DNA of 64,000 nt from assembly GCA_045837725.1 (NCBI GenBank), contig JBEWZL010000093.1, positions 1-64,000 of the forward strand. The letters run 5' to 3'. The translations under genes and the position numbers were made by a program. Source of the DNA: Vermamoeba vermiformis. Taxonomy: Eukaryota. Shown piece after piece: positions 24,270 to 39,191 of the stretch; positions within the stretch are counted from its first letter, which is position 1, and each line of letters begins with the position of its first letter. Under the pieces are notes generated by a model, which saw only the letters and a program-made list of their open reading frames with translations, was not told where the DNA came from and did no database searches.

Positions 24270-25516
24270 ATGAATCAAAGCAACTACAAGCTGTTCAACG
24301 GTCAGATCAACAACGCAGTGTACCAGATCGCCGTTCCAACACATGTTAAACCAGAGAACATCATCATTTATTGCCACGGATATCGACCTGAGGGCATAGA
24401 ACTTCGCGCTTCATTCATTGATCGCTTTGAGCTGCATCCAAGCTTGATCGAGCGTGGATGGATCTTCGCTGCCACCAGCTACAGACGAGAGGGCTATATC
24501 CTTCAAGACGCCATTGAAGACGTTGTCAATCTTCGTAATCACATCGTGGAGAACTACTGCGCAAGCCCCAAGAATGTCATTGCTTACGGTAAGTTTGCGC
24601 ACGACCCACGATCTTTCGTGCTTCGTTGAGTCTAATAATAAGTTGTTGCAGGTGTGTCTATGGGCGGTGCTATTGTGACTCTCATCAGCGAGAGACATCC
24701 TGCTCTTTTCACTGGAATGATCGCAGTTGGTGCTGCCTTGCTCATTCGCAAGGACCCGATCGACAATCCCATTCAATTCTTGCACAAGTGTCAGATGCCT
24801 TCGTTGTACTTGAGCAACTATACTGAGGTAATATTAGTACACTAGTAATGATATTTGAATCGTATTAACGATATTCCTATTAGTCAAGTTGCATTTACGA
24901 TTACAAAGAACAATGCGTGAAAAAGAACGCACCTGTCGAGCCTGTATTGTACCAAATTGGTCGTCCTGGCCACGGTGTGCTGAACCTCACCGAGTACATG
25001 TATGCCTTTGATATGTTGATGAATTGGATCGAGACCAAAGAACGACCACAAGAAGAAGAGTGCTTCATGATCGAAGTTGAACCTGAGCGAAATGCAGTCC
25101 TGGATGAACGAGGCGTTAATTTTAGCGTCACTAAAATCGATCGATCATATGGTGATATTGATTTGGACCTCCACGCCCTTGGTAAGTCAATGCAACTGAC
25201 TAGATCCACGCGAACACAGTGGCTAACTTTTCTTACCTTAGACTTGGAAGAGCTTGGTTATCGTCCTGGCAATTCTATTCCATTCCACACGCCCAACAAG
25301 GGCACTGTCAATGTCCTGTACTCGTATTATCCATTCGCTGGTGTTGAACACGGAGCTTGGGTCGCAGCCACTGATGCTTACGGCAAGGTGTCAGTATGGC
25401 GCCACGTTACTCATACTAGTATCGAGTACAGATACGCTAACAAGGACCTGGGTGTCGAAGAAGATGATAAGATTTTTGTTCCAAAACGATCCGTTGCACG
25501 CACTCGTGTGATGTAA
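24270..25516 (+). CDS. Alpha/beta-hydrolase-fold protein with a C-terminal domain resembling the SAM hydroxide adenosyltransferase (DUF62) C-terminal barrel
   Basis: 'IIYCHGYRP' and 'GWIFAATSYRREG'; nucleophile elbow 'AYG|VSMGG' across an intron; His in 'RPGHG'. C-terminal 'VTKIDRSYGDIDLD...LEELG...F.GVEHGAWVA..DAYG...ANKDLGVEEDDKIFV'. Confidence 0.7.
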
Positions 25517-25617
25517 ATAACTACTCGTGTAAATATTTTAATAATTATCGAGCTCAATTTTGTCATTATAGAGCATTTGTTAATAAAATAAAAGTATTTA
25601 AACGTACCTAGTGTTCT

Positions 25618-27610
25618 TCATGAAACTACGAAAAGTCCGGATCGAGTCGTTCCAACGAGCTGTTGAGAGTACTTATCGATGAAGAGCGACGTCAGCGGAG
25701 TGTCGCTAGGCAAGGTGAATCTATTTTTATCTTCCACTAAGTAGCCGTTACTTCTAGCTACGAGCTGAATGTGGTTGTCAATCGAGTACGCCAACACAGA
25801 ACTGCTGTCGTCTCTAGCGATGTGTCCAACTTCTCGGACCTCGTGATGCTAAAAATATATTAAGGCCGGGTCCTATTATCAAATGAAACGATCGGACTTA
25901 CCAGAGTATGAGAAGCTGTATTTGAAAGCTTTCGTAGATCCAGCTGGTAGAACGATTTTGTCGTCAAGACATACATATAATATCTGCAGTTGCAACGGTT
26001 AATTAAAGGTAAAAAACATTAATTTTGATTATTAATTACCCATTGATAGAATAAGAACTGTCAACGATCGGATCAGGGTACTTGGAATTAGTCAAGATCC
26101 GGTTATCGGTCACTTGAAATAGCTCAAGCTTGCCTATGGAGAAGAGTTAGTACTTACGTGGCATTTTTAGCTTTAACGTACTTGGATTGGCTGAGGATGT
26201 AAAACTGGCCAATTTTCCATCGTGGTGTACGTGCAAGTTTGTAATGTTTTCTTTCGGACCTAATTAATTTATTGTTATTAAAAATAGTCTCGTGAAAGTG
26301 TACAACTGACACCTACCAGTCACTAACGAGGTGCTTTTCATTGTCACTAATCCTGTGTTTATATCGTGATACACCAGAGATCCGTTGTTGTATGCACTGA
26401 CAATTCCGACAGCTGGTTCAAAATATCAACAAACCATTAGCTATGGTAGGTACACATACCGGTAGGCAATACGATCGTTTTCAATACGGTATCTCGGGTT
26501 TCAAAAGGTCGTTCAAAAAAGTTAGATCTGCATTCATCATCTAAAGGTACAATAATTAATCAATGTCACTCAGCGGGACTGAATAACATTAGCGTACCTT
26601 TAACATATGATATTCTAATATCTCCATCATCAGAGCTCGTAATCAAAGCATTTCCGAACGAGTGTACTGGCTTGCCTAATGTTGCATTATTATAATCCCA
26701 CAAGAACTGCATTGAATTGATCTTCTTCGAGTGAATGGGAAATACTTGTCTGTCGCACAGTGCATCGCTTTTCATTCTAATAATTTCGCCCATTGAATTT
26801 CCTACGTACTGAAGAATTGAATCAAAATTTTGAATCGAAACGAGTGACATATACGGAAAAATCAATTTAAAGGCAATCCAATATTCCACGTAAACTATGA
26901 TACTGAAAATATAGGAAATCCTTACGTAGGCGTTTGTGTCGTAGTTGTTGAAAGCGGATGCAGTGACGGAGTGCTTGAAAACATTGTTGTAGGATCGAAC
27001 TGTCCAGTCTGTAGTTCTTGATAGTGATATGGTTGGCTCTTGTCTGTAAAGCACTTTCTTTCGTTGCGTAACTAGGTCTTCAGTCGGATCTGGGCGTCCA
27101 TCCGGACTATTTCTTGCTGTTAACTCGTTAAATGACATTTCTTTGCGATCAAACAACGCGTTCCTATTCGTTAACATCGTTAGAGTAATTTCTCCATAAG
27201 TCTATTACGAATTTATCATTTAACGGTCGTATTTAATTTGTGTGTCAAAAAGTAATCTCCCGGTTTGACGAGATAATCGAAATGGACGGATAAAATAATA
27301 ATTCATTTACGTTACTGCAATTATATAATTTAATATTACCAGTATTGACGGCGCCAGGCAAGGTTATCAATTGTCCATTCCGCATCCAGCCTTCCTTTCT
27401 GTTTAATTTTATTTTTCCAAAATAATTGATCAAATACGATGGAGTTCCATTCTCTACGATGTAAAGCGTTAGTAAAAGAATGGAAAATATATTTTGGAGC
27501 CTTACCTGCAAACAAGTGGAACAACCAACAAACAGATCGCGCTCGTCCACCATGTTCAAAATTGACCAGAGCAATTCTCTGGGGATAATTGTAAATAAAC
27601 TATGTTGCAT
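25618..27610 (-). CDS. F-box protein with WD40-like beta-propeller repeats
   Basis: N-terminal 'IIPRELLWSILNMVDERDLFVGCSTC..W' is F-box-like. 'HSKKINSMQF...LITSSDDGDIRI' is WD-like. Many GT-AG introns; stop at 25618. Confidence 0.7.
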
Positions 27611-27779
27611 AGAGTATTGTGTTCGTGTTCGAGAGTAAAAGTTTTTGAATTTTTGGCTTGACCCGAAATGTCACCAATTTCAATTCGTTATTTAATTTTT
27701 GTTCTTTTTTTGTCTTGTCGGTAACTTTACCACGAAAGGCAGTATTGATAATTCCGTAGATAATTTGGAGTTTTCAATC

Positions 27780-29177
27780 ATGTTGCAGATTCAAAAAGTT
27801 TCGATCGTTGCAGTTACGATCGTGTTGCTCGGCACCTTCTTCGTATCCACGAGCGAAGCATATTTGCCTGTAGTATTGATGCATGGAATATTAGGTAAAC
27901 AAGTTGTTACTAAACAAAGCAAGCTTTAATTTTTAAGCACCCGCCCAAATTTCAGGTTGGATATTTTCAAAAATTTAATATATTGGTGTAAGGCGCGTCA
28001 AAATAATAACTAAGACATAAAATAGCAAAATAATACAATAATAAATTTGTAGCGATTCTGCAACGCGAAAAAGATTTTTCTGATCTTACCATTTTGTTAT
28101 TTAAGGCGAGCATACAGATTGGAGCTCTTATGTCTCATGGATTAATGACATGCATCCAAGTAAGTTCATAATCACGATTTTTAAAGTGTGTTGTTGACCT
28201 TTGGATCGAGATACTCCGGTTTATGCGCTGGACATGTTTGAAGGGTTCTATTCACTCGCACCTATGTGGGTGCAAGTTGAAGCTATTATACAGAGGATTA
28301 AGAACTATAATATTCAAGGCCCATTTATTTTGATTGGTCATTCTCAGGTACGCAATATGATCGACAAAAACTGAAACTTGTCTAATGCCTTATAATTGAT
28401 TATAGGGAGCTCTATTGGCTCGTACCATAGTTCAAGCATGGGACAATCATCCTATTCATACATTAATCTCGTTGTCTGGCCCACAAATGGGCCAGTACGG
28501 CTTAGTGCCAGGCATGTTCTCTTGGATCCCAGACAATATGACTGCAGCAGACGTGTATTCGTTGGTGTATAATACACTTGCTCAAGATACCCTCAGTTTT
28601 GCGAATTATTGGCATGATCCGTTCCACGAGCAACGTAAGTAGCCATCCGCTTCTCAGTCATTCTAGAGGCTAATTCTTGCGTATTATTCGTAGAATTCTT
28701 AAGCACCGTTAATTTCTTGCCAATCATTAACAGCTTAACGATCAACCCCGACGCCCAGCGCTACAAAGAGAACGTTCTGCGTTTGAAGAACTGCGTGTTC
28801 GTTGGTGGCCCGTCTGATGACGTCATTGCACCATGGCAATCGGCTTTATTTGGATTTTGGAATAGTGATCAGTCTAAAATTAGTAAGGACCTTCTTTTAA
28901 TCGAGCAGATTCGGATCGAAAATATTAATCAGCTTTGGTTACAGTTAATATGACCCAATTTGATTTCTATAAGAATGACCTCCTTGGATTGAAGACTTTG
29001 AATGATACCGGCAGATTGCACATGATTTCAAAGAGCGGCGTTAATCACATGGGCGTAAGTTTACTACAAACAGCCGATCTTATTTCAGTTCTTTAAAGCT
29101 AAACTAACCTCCTTATCACACAGTGGATATTCGATCCCATTGTATTTAAGAGCATAGTCTTGCCATTGTTAATCTGA
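27780..29177 (+). CDS. Lysosomal palmitoyl-protein thioesterase (PPT2-like)
   Basis: Signal peptide; 'YLPVVLMHGILG'; 'LIGHSQG' nucleophile; 'LISLSGPQMGQYG'; 'ANYWHDP'; 'GGPSDDVIAPWQSALFGF'; 'DLLGLKTL...GV.H'. Confidence 0.92.
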
Positions 29178-29413
29178 GCAGTGTGGCTGTACAATAGAAA
29201 AACGAATTTTATTTTACCAAAGTACGGTAACATCACCACAGGTTATTTTGCGAAAGTGCAGCAGTCCTATTAATTGCATGACGTTATATCTGTGGTATTA
29301 TTATAGGTAGTAATGTAAACGACGCAGAGTTGTGATCAGATCCTTTTTAAAAAACTCTGACTACCAAAATTTTAGAAAATTATAGAGTTGACACAATTTG
29401 CTAAGGTCACAAT

Positions 29414-30184
29414 ATGGGAAGCAAAGAAGCAGCGTTAAAAATATTTTTAATATTTTCTGTAATTTATTCGTGTTCTTGTGCCGGATGGTGCCCAGATGTT
29501 CCTCCAAACACTCTGTCAGACTTAGAAATGGATGCAGGTTGTGTTTTATTATTTAATGGTGTTAACCTGGATGGTTGGAAGTATTTACGACCGTTAGATT
29601 CAAACTGGACGGTACGAGACGGAGTTTTGACCACATCTCACTTGCCACCGAACAGAAAACCAGGAGCTTTAACAGACATAGCTACGACAACTAACTTTAC
29701 TGAAGGTATATTTAAATTCGATTGGCGATTGGATCCTGCAGGTAATAGTGGTGTAAAATTCTTTTGCGATCTGGATGCGTTGTACCACGAAACCCCGAAT
29801 CGCAAGCGTAGCGCTGTGTGCCCTGAATATCAAGTACTCGATGACAATGGCTTCTTTCCTGACGCCTGGTACCCTAATCGAACAGCTGGAGCGTTGTACG
29901 AGTTGATCCCGCCGTTCAAACACAAACCACTGAATCCGATCAGCGATTGGAACTGCGGTGAAATTCATACTGATGGCGTATACACGGAATTTTGGATGAA
30001 TGGAGAGTTAGTGGTCACTTTTGATCGTTATTCTGACCACTTCAGAAAATTGGTCGCGAGATCCAAGTACAACCCGAAGACTTTTGGCTTAACCGCTTTA
30101 TCTCCACTCGTATTGCAGGATCATGGCCAGGCTGCTTATTTTAGATCTGTTAAATATTGTCCTGTAACCCAGAAAAGACGCTGA
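29414..30184 (+). CDS. Secreted DUF1080 (3-keto-disaccharide hydrolase-like) protein, intronless
   Basis: 256-aa ORF with signal peptide and 'LLFNGVNLDGW', 'WTVRDGVL', 'GNSGVKF', 'EYQVLD', 'AGALYEL', 'WN.GEI', 'LQDHG...YFRSVK'. Confidence 0.88.
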   Translation: MGSKEAALKIFLIFSVIYSCSCAGWCPDVPPNTLSDLEMDAGCVLLFNGVNLDGWKYLRPLDSNWTVRDGVLTTSHLPPNRKPGALTDIATTTNFTEGIFKFDWRLDPAGNSGVKFFCDLDALYHETPNRKRSAVCPEYQVLDDNGFFPDAWYPNRTAGALYELIPPFKHKPLNPISDWNCGEIHTDGVYTEFWMNGELVVTFDRYSDHFRKLVARSKYNPKTFGLTALSPLVLQDHGQAAYFRSVKYCPVTQKRR

Positions 30185-30402
30185 GGCCTCACCAAGATAA
30201 CTGTAAAGATAACTTCAAAGCTGTAATTAGTGTTATTATAATCGTTCAGTAATCTTCAGGAGGTAATCATTATTACCAATTTGAAGCTTCTATTCCCTCG
30301 CATTGGTTTGGTCCTGCCAGTATGGTTCCGGAAATTTAATGCCAAGTGATTGGTTTTGGTCGGCTACATAATCTTGCACCTTCTTCCAACATTAACCCAA
30401 CA

Positions 30403-32721
30403 ATGGATGCATCATATAGATTATTTAAAAAGAAAAAAGAGCAGTCTACAATTAAAACTAATCGAAACAAAGCGGAAGGACCGAGAGTACTGCCTAGGCC
30501 TATTGTTGGAGAAGCGAGTTTACCACACGAAATTATTATAAAAATATTTGAATATTTGGGGCCAGTGAACGTGTTCAAGGTTAGCCGTACTTGTCGTTTC
30601 TGGCACGAGACAAGGTAAATCCAAGAAAATTTAGTCAAAATAGATTAATAAGTCATAAAAGCGATTTCTTATAGCAAAGTGTCATTATTTTAGCATTATT
30701 TATTTTTTTGAATTCGATCTAACGGAGATCTTTTCTTCAGTAATGACGCAGGCCTTTGGAGAGATTTTTGTCGTTTGGCTATATACAAATCATTAGTTGA
30801 TAACTACGAAGATGGCACATTGGGACCTAAGGAAGCAATTTATCAACGATTCTGTGAAAAGCAAATGAAACTTCTGACACGAGTCAAAGAATCCGCTGCA
30901 TCTGCTACCTCAAGCAATTTTTGGAAAGAAAAGTACCTAACAATGCTAATAGATGATATTCGAGCGTTGTATTCTTGCAAAGAAGCCATGTAAGCAAAAT
31001 CATAGAAAAATCAAGAAGTGCATCTGACAAACTTAATCTGATGACAAGACAACGGGTTACAAATGGACCTGCGAAAGCGTGGAAAAATATCGGAGAAATT
31101 ATCACATTTCATCCTGATGGGAAAGCCACGTATGGAACATAATATTGCAAGCTAAAGCTCTGCCTAACCAGATCTACCTCGTCTAGCGAAGAAGAATTAT
31201 TTCCTGAAACAATTTACAAAGTCGTGGCATTGGTTAATACAAATAAGGTACGCAAATTAATCATTCTAGCGCGAATTTTATTTACTTAGCTGTTTATAGC
31301 AAGCATCTGAGTTGAGCGGCATTTTCCAAACAACTGACGGCTATTATTTGCTGATAAGTTATGCGGAACAACAGATGGTGAAACATTGGGACTTGGAAAT
31401 ACTATTAAGGTACGAACTATTCTATATTAGATTATCACCAATTTCCTAATTTGGAACTGTTCACCAGGCGTTTTACTGGCCCGTACATGCGCGAAATGTG
31501 GCACTTACCGACATTGCACGAATTTGGCAAGTTTTGGTCAAGCAGCGCTATATTAAGTCGTTGCATGCCTGCCGAATTGGTACGTCACTCTTTTGCAACT
31601 ATAACTTGTGCTTAATTATCTAATCTACTGTCATTATTTTAGCGATGGTATTTGATCAAAGCAGGATTAAAGTTGATAAAATCATGTGACACGTGCTACA
31701 ACAATTCAAGGTACAAAAAATCAAAGCCTATACTCGGAGGGATCGCTGCAACTGGCTCGTTGGCCGAGGAAGCAGGTAAGACTAGGCATTCATACATGAC
31801 AAATTTAGTTAAATCCGCAGATATTTATTTTAAATAAATTATTGAATTTATTGAATCGCTAACGTTTGGCAGGACTTTCAGATTTGCCGAACATTTGCGA
31901 AGTATGCAGCGGTGCCGGTGACGTGTGGCTATTTGAAGCAATTGACCCGCCTTCGAGCACCACCGAGATCAGCAACAAGAAAATTGACCGTGAAGTTTAT
32001 TCCGCACAACAAGTGCTGCTCAGAATTTCAACGCAGTGGCGCAAACACAAAGAACAAATGATTGACAGACACATCAGTGCCGTGTTGGAAAAAAGCAAAC
32101 AAATTCAAGAAGAACAAAAAAATGCAGATGAAGCGAGACAAGAACGAAAACGCAAATTTGACGAGTTAGTCTTTGATTATGACAATATTTTTGAATACGA
32201 TCCGTTGCGCATTCTTCGAAAAAGTTCAAATTGCTTGAAAGCAGCGAAGAAATCGAAAATTTGCAGACGAGTGGCGGATGGAACACGTGGCTTGCCAAAA
32301 AAGGCTACGCAGGCATCGAAAACTTTGCACTCCGATTAAAAAGTCACAGACCATTGCCTTATTTGGCAGACGTGCTGTACCCGACCGACATCAAGAGCAC
32401 TCGCTATTGAGAATAGCGAATGGACATTATCCGACACGCTACAAGCCAGTTTCATGCTCATTTTCAACAACGAATTCTTTGCGCCACATCAGCTCGAGTA
32501 CGACAATGTTCCGCAGTACGTGGCACTGCATCAAATTCTGCCACGAGCATCCATGTGTTCCAGTAAGACGCTGTTTAGCATTCATTTGCCATCGATACCA
32601 AAGATTAATAACATTCTCATCTGCAGGTGGAGTGCGTAATTTGGCGTTGTGGAAACGAACAGTGTTGTTGGGCCACACAGGACTGCACATGAACATTTAC
32701 TGCACAGATCATTACAATTAA
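30403..32721 (+). CDS. F-box protein with CxxC motifs and a coiled-coil; reading frame interrupted near 32220-32410
   Basis: F-box 'SLPHEIIIKIFEYLGPVNVFKVSRTCRFW'; 'CAKC', 'CDTC', 'CEVC'. ORFs 31866-32339 and 32454-32639 are in the same frame, separated by TAA at 32337-32339. The last intron (about 32563-32626) leads to a stop at 32721. Confidence 0.55.
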
Positions 32722-33068
32722 ATTATATAGTAACACTATCAATCCTTCAAGATAAAACAGCATTGTTTTTGCATATTCAGTGACTTCGCTTTAGTGAGCC
32801 TGGTCGGATTAAAGTGTGCACGGGTAAATACCATGTGCCACTCTCGACGTCAGTGTATGTTAGTGCTGCCTTCTGAGGCGAGAACTTACAAGCTTGCTTG
32901 AGTTAGGGGACATCAATGCGTGTATAGGTAGAGCGATTGAGCGAGCGCCAACCTTCAAGAACATAAAAGGTGCGAGTTCTTGAAGTGACAAAAATCGAAA
33001 CAATAAAGAAGCGCAGGTAGCTTGTGGAATCATCACAATATGGTCTTTGCACCGATAGCACGCCCAAA

Positions 33069-34583
33069 TTAATTTTTACATCCACCTTTACATTTTTTAG
33101 ATTTCTTTTCGTCGTTCAAATCCACTTGCAACATGCTGCCAGTCAAAATATTGTCGTTTGAGCCTTTGCGCGTAGTTGGATCACTTGCCGGTCCAAATTC
33201 TCCTTTTTGCATCGCGTAGTCTATTAGTAGACGCACTCCTTTGTCTATATTTTCAACAAGTTCTTCATTTTTCGCCGAAGTTTCTGTCCAGCCAAGAAAT
33301 CCGTTCTCTTTGCAATAGTCGTCCATTTTCGGTCGTAGGTCGGCATAAAATCCGTCCATTTTGAATAAATCAAACTAAGTAAATATATTTTAGAATAAAA
33401 TAAGTTAAATGGAGGATCATAAGCGGAAATTAATTGGTTTTAAAGAACAACAATAAATTGTCGGATCTATTTTGAGATAAAATTACCTTATTAGCCAATA
33501 CCACTACCGGAATAGGATCATTTGACTGTTTTAGAAATACTTTTGAATCAATATCTTGCTTCCATTTAACAACATTTTGAAATGAAGTTTCGCTGTCGAA
33601 TAATTAGATCCGTTAGTACTCGGTTGTGTAGAATCACATTGCGAATATTAAATGAGATATATACAACAATTAATTAGCTGTGAATAATAATATTGCGGAA
33701 TTTCTGCGTGCATACCTATTTGTATCGAATAATAATAATGCGCCTTTTGATTCTTTATAGTAAACTCGTGTCATGTGTCCATATCGCTCTTGGCCTATTA
33801 AAATAATATATTATATTAATAAGCGATAATTTAGCTGCGAAACATTTGCGTGCAAATGCAGATCTAGCTATTGCCAAATAGATTTTAAATTAACTAAAAT
33901 TGCGTACCTGCTATATCCCAAAGTTGTATTCGTACTGATGTATTTTCATCGTAATTAAATACTTTTACTGCAAAGTCAACGCCAATCTAAATACAAATTT
34001 TAGTCGGGATTGCGGAAAGGAAAGGATCTAGATCCTTCTGTAGATATTTCTAAATATTATTATATAGTTTATCAATCTATCCAATAATATTAAGACATTA
34101 ATTATTGCCTTAATTTCATTTAAACTAGGGCTCGTAATCATAAAAAGAAATTTAGATCTGATCGCTTACTGTTGGCCTTGACGAGGCTGAGAATTTTCCA
34201 TATACATATCGCTTTATTAAACTGCTCTTGCCAACGCCGCTATAGAATAAAATAACTGTTAACAAGATGGAAATTGCCTCCAAATTTTCGTATTTTTTTG
34301 CGCGATGGAAAGGGAATTAGATATTTGCTTTAGAAAATAGATTAAAATTAAATACCTGTCTCCTACTACTAGCATTTTCATTACTACCACTCTTTTGCCT
34401 CCGTCATCAATTTTTCCTTGCTGCCAAGTTGACTCCCTTCGCGAATCTCGTGAAGCCGAGTCGTGGGACTAAAGATAAATCATTAGATGCTAATTTTAAA
34501 TATATTATGCTTAATTATAACAGTTAAATTCCATAGAATCATCAATGTAAATTAAGATCATCACTTACAGATGCGACTGACAT
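33069..34583 (-). CDS. Rab32/38/29-subfamily small GTPase
   Basis: 'KMLVVGDSGVGKSS', 'IGVDFAVK', the subfamily signature 'WDIAGQERYGHMTRVYYK', 'WKQDIDSKV', 'LANK', 'WTETSAK' and C-terminal cysteines 'CKGGCKN'. Confidence 0.9.
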
Positions 34584-34874
34584 TTCTGTTTACCAAATAA
34601 ATGTGTTGTATATACAATTTAACCAATAGCACAAGACTAGTGGTCTTTTATAATACAAACATCGATAACTAAAAAATGGTGACAGTTACGTGAAAGAAAT
34701 TTGACACGTCTTTCAGTGAACCTAAAGTATCACTAACATGCGCATAAAATTCGGGGCACTATGCAATTCTCCAATATTATCGAGGTATTACGTCTAAATT
34801 ATTATTTTGGAATTGTTCAATAACGTAGTTTTAATCGTCAATAGTTTTGAATACAAAAAAATCAGATCGAGCGC

Positions 34875-37839
<2,965 letters not shown>

Positions 37840-38148
37840 CGTGTGTTTAGCTGTGAAAATAAATGAAAATATCTTCCGAAAACCATCCAGACGAACAACC
37901 TCCCAGAGTCAAGCTACACAAGACTTAGCATGCTACATTGGTGCTGAAGTATGAGCGTCGAAACCGATATTAAGCAAGAATGCAAAAAAAGTGCGACTTC
38001 GATCCGAGTCAATGTTGGTGAAAATGACAGTTAATCGCGTAATATAATTAGGTGAGAATGCTAATATTGTTGATAAATATCTATGTTACTAAATTGAGCG
38101 TCTATTACCTTTAAAAAGTAAATCGGCTTTAATTATTTTTGGTTTCAG

Positions 38149-38646
38149 ATGGCAACAACACGAGGCAAGTCAGTCCGAGTTAAGCAAGTCCAATTAGGCA
38201 GTCAAAATACTCTTGGTGATATAGAGGACATTTCTAGAGCTCTCTGTTTCGAAACCACCAACGAATCGGCCGATCACCAACCTGATTCACCCGAAAAGAA
38301 AAACACAAATGACTCCCAAGAATATATGCTGCCTCCATTGACGAATACTAATGCGTACTCTGGTGAACAAATAAGTGCGCAAGCAGAGAGCTTTGCAGAT
38401 GAACTTAGCCTGTTCGCTAAACAAACAGATTTCAGTCAATTCGAGTGTCTTGCAGTGGAGTTGGAATATCTTAATCCATTCCTCGAGGATTTAATGCTCG
38501 AATTGTCTCATAAATTGAAGAATAAGGAAGAACTCTCAAAAGAGGATGAAAGCGTACTACGAACGATCAGACGGTCGAGACTGACTGTCTTGGGGTCATG
38601 GGAAGACTACCTGGAGAAGAAAGAAGAGCCTGTCCCGTTAAAATAG
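38149..38646 (+). CDS. Hypothetical protein (may continue in small exons to about 39180)
   Basis: 165-aa ORF with a plausible composition. Downstream GT-AG-bounded segments at about 38925-39135 may be further exons. No family recognised. Confidence 0.45.
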   Translation: MATTRGKSVRVKQVQLGSQNTLGDIEDISRALCFETTNESADHQPDSPEKKNTNDSQEYMLPPLTNTNAYSGEQISAQAESFADELSLFAKQTDFSQFECLAVELEYLNPFLEDLMLELSHKLKNKEELSKEDESVLRTIRRSRLTVLGSWEDYLEKKEEPVPLK

Positions 38647-39191
38647 AGAAGAGTAAAAGAATTAGAGGGACGATTCCTCTGCGAATAAAAATTTATATAG
38701 CAATCACTACAAAGAGCAAAGGACAAGCCAGGACGCACAACAGATTCCTGGGCACCATGCTTAGATATCGGCAAAAATGAAATTCGGCACTCCAATTGGA
38801 CGCATCGCCGACCAAATCCAACCAACTTTGGTTCTAAAATTTAAATTATTTAATATGATAGCAGTGATTATTTTTTAGAGAAATGTAATTGCGTCAGGCG
38901 TGAGACTCTTACTTGCTGTTTTTAGGCGGGCATTTGCGGACGACAAATGTTTAACTCGCAGAGTGAGACGAAGCATCGGAAAACAAACCAATTAAGGTAC
39001 GCTTTAATAATGTACTTCTTCCTATGAAATATTCAGTTGTGGTCTTCGTGAACGTTTGCAAAATTTTTTTACTAACTTGGATTTAAACGACGAAGCCGTT
39101 CCACCCGGCAAGAAGAAGGCCAAGCTCATCCTTGGTAAGAACTTAAGTTCTTCGACCTTTAGCTAGCTTTGGGTGAATTTGTGAAGTTTAA

